This document shows, piece by piece, positions 55,064 through 64,000 of a stretch of 64,000 nt of DNA (position 1 is its first letter; each line of letters begins with the position of its first letter). A model generated the notes under the pieces. It was not told the origin of the DNA. It did no database searches and saw nothing but the letters and a program-made list of their open reading frames with translations. The position numbers were made by a program, and so were the translations under genes. Source of the DNA: Octopus sinensis (taxonomy: Eukaryota); contig NC_043008.1 in the NCBI RefSeq assembly GCF_006345805.1, positions 41,540,001 to 41,604,000 on the forward strand. The letters are read 5' to 3'.

Positions 55064-55711
55064 TGACAGATAGACCTGTATATGTGTTTCTGACTGTGTG
55101 TATTTGTAAAAACACATACACACATACGTATGTAGAATCATAGAGTTTTATACGTATATAACAACCTATACATGCACACACACACACACACTATATATAT
55201 ATATATAACAGTACACTTATACATGCCAGATACATATATATATGTATGTGTGTGTGTGGTGTGTGTGTGTGTAGATATATATGTTTACAGATCAACACAC
55301 ACTTATATAATAATTGTGTACATAAAAATATGGGAGACGTGTGGTAGATAAAATTATGGTAGACAGTTGACTCATGCTGGAGACTTCGAGGCTCGTTTGT
55401 TATATATATATATTATCTGTAGCATATGAAACATTGTGAAAACCATCACTGCATAGGCTTCAATAAAATCTGTTTCTGTGAAAAGAGAGAAAGGCTCAAA
55501 GAAAAGGCGATTGAAGAAGAAATTGTGCTAACATTGTCCCTATACTATATCTATCGACATAAAGATGCAAAACGAAGTTAAACCTCAGTAAAATTATGTT
55601 GTCGGAACTAGTAACGCAAAACATTCTTCACAGCACTTTAGTATCTCTTTGTCAAGTTGCATATACATGTGTGTATGCGTGTTTTTTCTGTATTTATGCG
55701 CATATTAAAAA

Positions 55712-56029
55712 GACTCCGCCGGTTACGACGACGAGGGTCCCAGCTGATACGATCAACGGAACAGCTTGCTCGTGAAATTAACGTGCAAATGGCTGAGCAT
55801 TCCACAGACACGTGTACCCTTAACGTAGTTCTCGGGGATAATCAGCGTGACACAGAGAGTGACAAGGCTGACCCTTTGAATACAAGTACAACTCATTTTT
55901 GCCAGCTGAGTGGACTGGAGCAACGTGAAATAAAGTGTCTTGCTCAAGGATACAACGCGTCGCCGGGAATCGAACTCACAACCTTACGATCATGAGCCGA
56001 ATGCCCTAACCACTAAGCCACGCGCTCTC
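55712..56029 (-). mobile_element. SINE family B (copy in duplicate 2) with TSD TTATGCGCATAT
   Basis: TSD at ~55694-705 and ~56032-43. Confidence 0.92.
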
Positions 56030-56035
56030 ACTTAT

Positions 56036-56120
<85 letters not shown>

Positions 56121-56169
56121 TGTCTGTGCGTGGAGAGAGAGAGAGAGATGAGAGAGGGAGAGAATGTAA

Positions 56170-56380
56170 GGTGGCAAGCCGTTAGCACGCTGAACGAAAT
56201 GCGTAAAACCATTTCGTCCGTCTTTACGTTTTGAGTTCAAATTTCTCCCAGGTCGACTTAGCTTTTCATCGTTCCGTGGTCGATGAAATAAATACCAGAT
56301 GTGCACTGGACTCAATGTAATCGACTATCCCCACTCTCCTAATATTTAAGGATTTTTGCCTTTTGCCTATAGTGAAAAGG
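56170..56380 (+). mobile_element. SINE family C, diverged, tail type 2
   Basis: GTTAGCACGC..GAGTTCAAATT..GGTCGAC. Confidence 0.75.
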
Positions 56381-57699
56381 AAATATATATATGTTGGGAA
56401 GGGTTAACCTAAACGAAGTATATTACGCCTAAAATGCAATAGATTGGGGTTATCATAGTTTGAAAAACTATGCTAATAGATTTGTATATTAGATCATGGT
56501 TAAAAGGGACTTATTCTCAACAAGAATTAGAAACATCTTATTGTTGAATGCAGCAACAGCCCTGACATTTTGAATAATATTTTGTTGACTTGGAATGCAC
56601 TCATCTATTTCTGAGAGTAAATATTATGCGATCATTCGCAGTTTCAATCATTCCTGCTAGGCTTATGTTTAGGGCATCACTTCCTCATGCCCCAACCAGT
56701 CCTGGAGGCTCTGCGATAATGAACGTTGATTGCTACAACACTTTCTTCCTTTAGAAATTGATTTTTTTTTAAATAAAGGAAGCAAATAGTGAAGAATAGT
56801 AAATCGTGCGTTGTGTGTCTGCTAACAATCTGATGTATATCCCCTGACGGTATTGATTCTTTACATTGGCGCAAAGCCACGAATATTGATATAAGTGTAT
56901 GGTCGATGTAATCGACTATAATAATTGACTACTATTTATTTTATCAATAATTACTTGAAGAATGAAAGGCAAAATAACTGTCAACGAAATAAAGTGACAT
57001 TAAATACCGCAAGGCATTTTGTACGACTATCTTTTGTTTCCATTCTCCATCAGAGTTCTTGTTAATTCTGTTTTGTTTTTTTTCTACTACAAATTACAAA
57101 CTGTAAGGTAAGTCTTCCGACGTCATTTCTATGTTTTACCGTTGGAAATGTAAAACAATTGTCGAGTCGTCACAAAATCGTTTCTTGTAATATTGCAAGT
57201 AATGAGGAACAGTAAAATTTGAAGATAAAAAAAACATTCATTTCTGTATATATGTGTTCCACGTATATTAAGATATTGTTTGCCTTGCACTCTAGAAAGG
57301 TCACGAATGTAATCAACAACAGAAGATTTTAAATGTGTACCAATGATTTGCTTTAATCTCCAGTTTGTAGGGCTACATGAGATTTTAGGCTTAACTGATT
57401 TTACCTACATCCTCTAAGCATATACGGTTTTAGTTACGGCTGCTTCACCAAAATTAGTATTTATGTTTAATCGAAAGTGAGATGAAGTCAAGGTTACATA
57501 AAGCGAAAAGTATAGCAATAATGATCCACTAAAAATACAGTAAAGTACATAAATGAGAATATGTGCAAGGAAAGCAATAACTGAGAGCGAGAAGTGTCCT
57601 TATATGAGCGCTCCACTTGTAAGTAATAGAGAAAAATTTCGATCATATTATATTTTGTTTTCTTAAAATTTTGCTTACTTAATACGGAATGCGAATATT

Positions 57700-57912
57700 G
57701 GCTTCAACTGTTGGAACAAGGCCAGAAATTCCGATAGAGGACTTAAGTTGATCACATTGACCTCAGCTGTCAACTGGTACATATTTTATCGACCCCGAAA
57801 GGACAGGAGGTAAAGTGGACCTCAGTGGAATTTTAAATCAGAAGCTGAAGACGGGCGAAAGGCCGCTAAAGCATTTTGCCATGTGTGCTAACCATTTTAC
57901 CAACTCGCCGCC
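57700..57912 (-). mobile_element. SINE family C, older copy
   Basis: ATCGACCCCGAAAGGAC..CTCGCCGCC. Confidence 0.8.
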
Positions 57913-57929
57913 TTACTAAATACATATAT

Positions 57930-58327
57930 TCTTTTCTACTCTAGGCACAAGACCCGAAATTCTGGGGGAGGGGTGACAGTCGATCAGATCGGCCTCAGTA
58001 CGCAACTGGTACTTAATTTATCGACCCCGAAAGGATGAAAAGCAAAGTCGACCTCGGCGGAATTTGAACTCAGAACGTAAATGCAGACGAAATATCTATT
58101 TCTTTACTACCCACAAGGGGCTAAATACAGAGGAGACAAACAAGGACAAACAGATGGATTAAGTCGATTATATCGACCCCAGTGCGTAACTGGTCCTTAA
58201 TTTACCGACCCCGAAAGAATGAAAAGTAAATTCGACCTCGGCGGAATTTGAACTCAGAACGTAACACCAGACGAAATACCGCTAAGCATCTCGCCCGGCG
58301 CACCAACGTTTCTGCCAGCTCGCGGCC
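57930..58327 (-). mobile_element. SINE family C dimer (tail 1 unit plus tail 2 unit) with 15-bp TSD
   Basis: TTACTAAATACATAT at 57913-27 and 58328-42; internal junction at ~58090. Confidence 0.88.
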
Positions 58328-58525
58328 TTACTAAATACATATGTCACAATATTAAGATCGGATTATTGTCTCGGCTGAAGCATCTTTGGCAATAGATGAA
58401 GCGGACCGGGAGTGACACGGGGCTATTGACAACCAATAGATATTATTAAGTTATTCGCGGAAAATAGCTACAGATCTGTTAAATTTAATACGTCGCTTCT
58501 TAAGAATTATCTCGAAAGTGAATTA

Positions 58526-59747
58526 TTGGGTCATGCCATAAGTAATGCGGTTTTTTTTCAATGGCATGAATTAAAAGTCGGAGGGGGCGGGATAAACTAC
58601 CCGCATCAAATTGCTATAGAAGCAGGTAGAAATTTTATCTCGTACTTATTCTTAGTGCAAGTTTTGAGGAGCAAAAGTTTGATTTTAACAGTTATGTTTT
58701 CAAAGCTATAATGAAAGTGACAAAGAAGCATATTCGGCATATTTTGCTTTATGAGTTCACTAAAGGCAACGGAAAGTGCGAGGAATATTAATGCAGACAA
58801 TTAGCGTAATCCAGTGTGAACAGTGATTCCAGAAATTCCGAGCCGGAAACTACAGCCAAGAGGACGAGCTTCGTTCTGGAAGATCTGCAGAGCCCGACGA
58901 GAACGTGCTGCAAACCCTGGTGAAAAAAATCCCATCATAGCTGTTGAGGAACTAACAGAGAAGCTTCGATTTGGTCATTCAACCATTCATCAATACCAGC
59001 AAATTAGGTCAATGGGTTCCTCACAAACTTACCGAGTCGAATCTCACGCACAGAGTGAATGTATGTTCTTCATTGCTATCACGTCTCACGAATGAACCTA
59101 TTTTGGACCGAATAGTGACTGGTGACAAGAAATTGATTCTCTATAAAAATGTAAAGCGCCGAAGACAGTTGGTAGGGAACGAAGAAACACCAGCACCTCT
59201 GCCTAAAGAAGGTTTTCACCCATGTAAGGTGTTGTTTTCTGTTTGGTGAGATATGAAAGGTTTAGTTCACTTTGAACTTTTAAACCCAAGTCAAACGATA
59301 ACAAAGGAGATATATTGCGAGCAGCTTGAGCGGCTGAAGTGAGCGCTAGAAGAAAAACGACCAGCTTTGATTTCAAGACGAAAGGTGTTCTTCCATCAGG
59401 TTAATGCTCGGCCACATACAGCGAGGATGATATTCCAAAGGTTGGAGCAGTTTGAATGTGAAACGGTGCCCCATTCGCCGTATTTGCCGGACATTACCCT
59501 ATCTGATTATCATTTATTCCGCAATATTCAAAAACATATGGACGGAAAAAATATGAATTCTGTAGACGAAGTCAAAACAGTACTGGAGGAGTATTTTTTG
59601 TCACGCACAAGTGAATGTTGGAAAAGGGGCCTTGCATTGTAGACAATGAAGGAGAGTATATTTTAGATTAAAGAAGAACTTTGTTTACCTTAATTTTGAA
59701 AAGTAAAAGAAGTATAAATAACCTGCATTAGTTATGGGATGACCCAA
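58526..59747 (+). mobile_element. Near full-length inactive mariner (DD34D), 1222 bp
   Basis: TA TSD; TIRs TTGGGTCATGCCATAAGTAATGCGG vs TTGGGTCATCCCATAACTAATGCAG; ATG at 58711; WVPHKL, VTGD, HQVNARPH (catalytic D to V) and HSPYLPDITLSDY; several stops and frameshifts. Confidence 0.92.
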
Positions 59748-61611
59748 TAGATATAAATAACGTGAAACACTCATCTACTACAAACTGAATAATGTATTCT
59801 AATCTTGTTATGTAAATACGGTTTATAATGGGGAAAGCGACCAGCCGAAAGGCTTTATCTTCGCAGAGATTATAGAATTGAAATTTTCAATGGCGATTAT
59901 TCTAGATAATTTTTTTTAGGTTGTTGATGAATATTTCGTTACCTTACAATAGTTAACAGAAATACAACGGAAGATTCCTCCCCTCTTATTGCTTGTGCAT
60001 CTAAAAATAGCAACCATTACATCAGGATAGTAACCATTCCTTACATCAGATTTAACCATTTTCAAAAATCGAATGTATTTGATAATATTATAATAGCTTA
60101 TTTATACTGCAGAATTTGGTATGGGTTGGTAAATCTTTAATAATTAGTCTTCTAAATGAGAACAGACCTGAGGTTAACCAACAACAATACCAGTGAAGTA
60201 AGCCACTGGTAGGGGTGACACAGTATATACAACAATTTAAATAAATTAATTATTCAGCAGTACTGTCTAAGACACTACTTTTCACCAGTGTTATCTTTTC
60301 TCAATGTTCCAAACAAAATTCTCATCTTTAAACATTTTAAAGAAAACTCCTCTGATAATTAAAGAATATAAGAAACGCAAAGTGAAACGAAAACAATTGC
60401 AGACTTTCCTCCGGCAGTAAATAAATTTTACTTATTTGTGACGTATCTACAACACTTCGAATAAAAGCTAGAATTATAATTAGACGTAGCTTTTAGAATT
60501 CTGAGGCTTTCTTTTGTTCGTTGATACTTACTGTTTGTTAAATATATCCTTTCTTTCCTGTTTCTCTGTAATAAATCTCTATGTACAGTTTGTTGTCTCC
60601 TTTTTTGTTAATTTGCAAGGTGGAAGATTTTCATTCTCAGTCATTTCACCCAGCCATCCCTTTCTCAATACTTCTGATTTCTTTTGTGCAAATGTGCTGC
60701 ATTTTAGAAAGAAATAAAAAATAGGAAGTTATGAAGTTTTATAAGCAGTATTAATACAGCAATTTTGACCAGTTTAAGTAGCGTGGTTTTATGTCGCGGG
60801 ATCAATACGGATCTAACGATAGCGCTTCGTTAAACACGACCAACGTGACATATAGTTTCGATTTTCGATTAATGAAAATTTTCTCGTTGTTTCCCATAAT
60901 AATTACTCCGAGCCACTATGAATATCTTCAAAACCTTTTCCCGTTAAATAAGGTGTTTCTAGTATTGTAAAAAAAAAAGCAGTAGAAAAGAGTAGCACGT
61001 TAAGATCTTTAAATAAATGTAAAAAAAAAAACGTTTGATGCACGGTTTAGCGAAGGCATAATTCTACATTTCAGTAATATTTTATTGTATTCCATAACCT
61101 CTTGTCATGATCGTTTAGAAGTTTGACCTCTCTCAATTTCTATACATTCTAATATCATCATCGGGAAAGATTCAGTATTTTAATTTACTGGAATGAAATA
61201 AAGAAACAAGGAAAGAAACAAAAAGAAAGACAGAAGGAAAGAAAGAGAAATAACAGGTGTCATTTTGAGGAAAGTAGTGTAGGTGGGTTCAGGGAACAAA
61301 TGTTCACTGACATTATACACGTAATAATAAAAGAATCTCATACTTGAACAGACATTGTAATCAGGCAGTAAAAACAAGGGTGCCCTACAGTTTTCTGAAT
61401 AAATAGTTATCTATTTTTTAGAGCAAATACAGAAGTCAATTTATACTCCTCCGCTTTTCTTATTTGTTCTACACACTATATCAAGCGTCCATGAGGTTGA
61501 ACTGTCTCTCAAAAACTGCATTATCAATATAATATCTTTCAAGTAATTTAATTATGGAGATCCTACCTAAAACCCCGTTTTACTACGAAACAGGTTTTGT
61601 CTACACTATAG

Positions 61612-61785
61612 CAGTGGTTCCCACCCTATACATACATACATACATACATACATACATACATACATACATACATACATACATACATACATACATACTGGGG
61701 GTCCGTGAAAATATAAAAAGGGGTCCGTGGTAAAACTCATTTAAATAAAAGGAGTCCTTAGTAGTAAAAATGTTGGGAACCACTT
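61612..61785. mobile_element. hAT-like MITE with internal (CATA)n
   Basis: TIRs CAGTGGTTCCCA ... TGGGAACCACTT; the putative 8-bp TSD is poorly conserved. Confidence 0.65.
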
Positions 61786-62622
61786 CTTCAGAGCATTAAG
61801 CATTTCCTTATACCGTTACTATGCCAACTAAAGTTGAATTGAAAGTGTCGTTTTTGTATTGTTTATTCTCACTTAGACACTACCAACATAATAAACATTT
61901 GTGTATTACTGTATCTGTATTATAGACATCAGTGTTACAAAATCCTAAATGTAATTAGGCGGGACTCCATTTAAGAAATGGGATGCAACGGTATGAATTA
62001 TTAAAGGTCTACATTTACTCTGACGCTCTATCTACTTGTAGCCATTTTCTATTGATATCGATAACATTTTCTGCTAAAATTTTGCTTAACTTAAACTGGT
62101 TAAGAGAACAAATTTTAATGTCAAACTGATAGAAATGTAACTGATGATGAATATTAAAGATTACTGCATAATTTGTCGGAATAATTGAAGTTTTACGTTC
62201 ACTAGAGATATCATTATCATTTTTAGAAAGTTTATTTGGAAAATGGCCAATTTGTAAATCTTTCATGTTTTTCTGACAGACAAAAAGTATCACATGGAAA
62301 ATTATCTATCTCTCTCGATACTAAATCTTGGCTTTATTTTATCCGCTTCTTCATTCTGGTTGTTTGATTTAAGTAATATAATTAGTTGTATAATTTTTAG
62401 TTGAAATAATAATTATTCTGTTATCAATTATTCATATTAGATATAGTATTTCAGTGGTATGTAGATTATATAGTTTTTGAAATTGTTATAAACATTTTTC
62501 TTACTCTTACAATAAATTATTTCTTTGTGCTGTGTCTGAGTGAGTATTTTCACATTTGCATTTGACAATTGATAGACAACTAGGTAGTTGCATGGTGAAA
62601 CTGGTAGATAATACACAGAGAG

Positions 62623-62665
<43 letters not shown>

Positions 62666-62837
62666 AGGGGAGAAAAGGTAGTATGATGACCAAGCATATG
62701 AGTGGAGCGTGGGTAAAAACATTGAGTCAAGAAATAAACATAGTTCTCATGTATATTTTATTATGAAGTCGATTGTGTTAAACTCGAATTTTATAACAAA
62801 AGTTTCCCCATCACGTCGCATTTTCTTGTAAATTAAA

Positions 62838-63049
62838 GGCGTGAGCTGGCAGAAACGTTAGCACGCCGGGCGAAATGCTTAGTGGTATTTCGTGTGTCTT
62901 TACGTTCTGAGTTCAAATTCCGCCGAGGTTGACTTTGCCTTTCATCTTTTCGGCGTCGATAAATTAAGTACCAGTTGCGTACTGGGGTCAATCTAATCGA
63001 GTGCCTCCCTCCACCAAAACTTCGAACCTTATGCCTAGAATAGAAAATA
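62838..63049 (+). mobile_element. SINE family C, tail type 2, with 15-bp TSD
   Basis: TTTTCTTGTAAATTA at 62821-35 and 63050-64. Confidence 0.9.
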
Positions 63050-63254
63050 TTTTCTTGTAAATTACCGACTTAATAACTACGCAATTTATATCAATTTCCA
63101 CGATACCATAAATTTATTTTGCTCCCAAAGTCAGAAGAAATATGTCCATTGTAATTAAATCATAAATATATAATGAATTGGTGTGTTTGTTAGCATTATA
63201 TAATGTATTAACTTACATTTTAGTATTTACTTCTTCATTTATAAGACGTCTCAT

Positions 63255-63360
63255 GTGTGTCACGCTTCATGTTCCAGCAGAAGTCAGCCAGCATGGCTGG
63301 GCTCCATTTTCCCTCATACCTGTTTTCCGTTGACGCTATATCTTGATGGAACCTTTCGGG
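63255..63360 (-). mobile_element. DNA transposase C-terminal fragment, probably CMC/Chapaev-like (element may extend ~63100-63790)
   Basis: Minus frame ERFHQDIASTENRYEGKWSPAMLADFCWNMKRD. The superfamily assignment is from memory of the motif. Confidence 0.65.
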
Positions 63361-64000
63361 CGGCATTCAGGCTAGCTACTACGGATGGCACCTTTGAGAC
63401 TTTCGGCCTCACTATAGGGCTGCTTCGCGGCCCTCTAACCCTTCTGAAATGAAACTTATTTCTTCAAATGTGCTGATCATAGTTTACTCAATAGGCGTAG
63501 GAGCGAGGTAACTGTAGTAAAAAGTAGGGGAGTCAGTGGAGTTCCATTTAAGCAGGCCTTCAGAAATTGAACATCCTAACGATACTCCCTGGGAGTTCAT
63601 GATATGAAATTCACTGTCATTCCCATGTATTTAGTTTAAAATGCGGTAAAAATAGGGAGGATAAGAGGTTCCCCAATTAGGCGGCCCTTAAAAAAAATAA
63701 ACCCCTTAGACATACCCTGAGATTAGGGAAGTTGCTGGTTTGAGTTTGTTGTCCTTGCACCAATGGTCTATGAGGAGTTAACGAACATAAAACGTAATGG
63801 ACAGAGAAACATCACTCAAATTAATGTTAATAATATATATATATATATATTATATATATATATATTATATATATATATATATGTCTTGACTGACAGTTGC
63901 GTTGGGTACTTGACAATTGTAATAAAATAACTGACTTCATCATTTTTATACCTTATACATACATACATATATATACATATATAAAATGTATGTATGTATG

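Larger units (their letters stand above)
53740..56045. repeat. Tandem duplication, ~1156 bp unit x2
   Basis: 53740-54885 and 54890-56045 are near-identical, with differences mostly 1-2 nt indels. Confidence 0.95.

Overview
This window is repeat-saturated eukaryotic DNA. It is most likely octopus (coleoid cephalopod) intronic or intergenic sequence, inferred from the tRNA-derived SINE families and the very high microsatellite load. No complete protein-coding gene, rRNA, true tRNA or CRISPR array is visible, and almost all long ORFs in the track are microsatellite artefacts or decayed transposon frames. Recognisable content: about 30 SINE copies from at least 5 families, three CR1-like LINE fragments, one R2/NeSL-type (RLE) retrotransposon fragment, four Tc1/mariner relics, piggyBac-like and hAT-like MITEs, a probable CMC/Chapaev-like fragment, a ~1.15 kb tandem duplication and a tentative chain of small minus-strand exons. 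The most striking signal is a set of type I hammerhead ribozyme (HHR) motifs of the Penelope-like-element type, from at least six sequence-unrelated families. Five long inverted repeats (2.6-3.3, 3.4-3.7, 31.6-31.8, 35.7-36.3 and 50.3-50.7 kb) each consist of an HHR plus tail preceded by an inverted full or partial copy, with no recognisable coding sequence. One tRNA-headed SINE-like family also carries an HHR motif in its 3' tail. All alignments and folds were done by eye.
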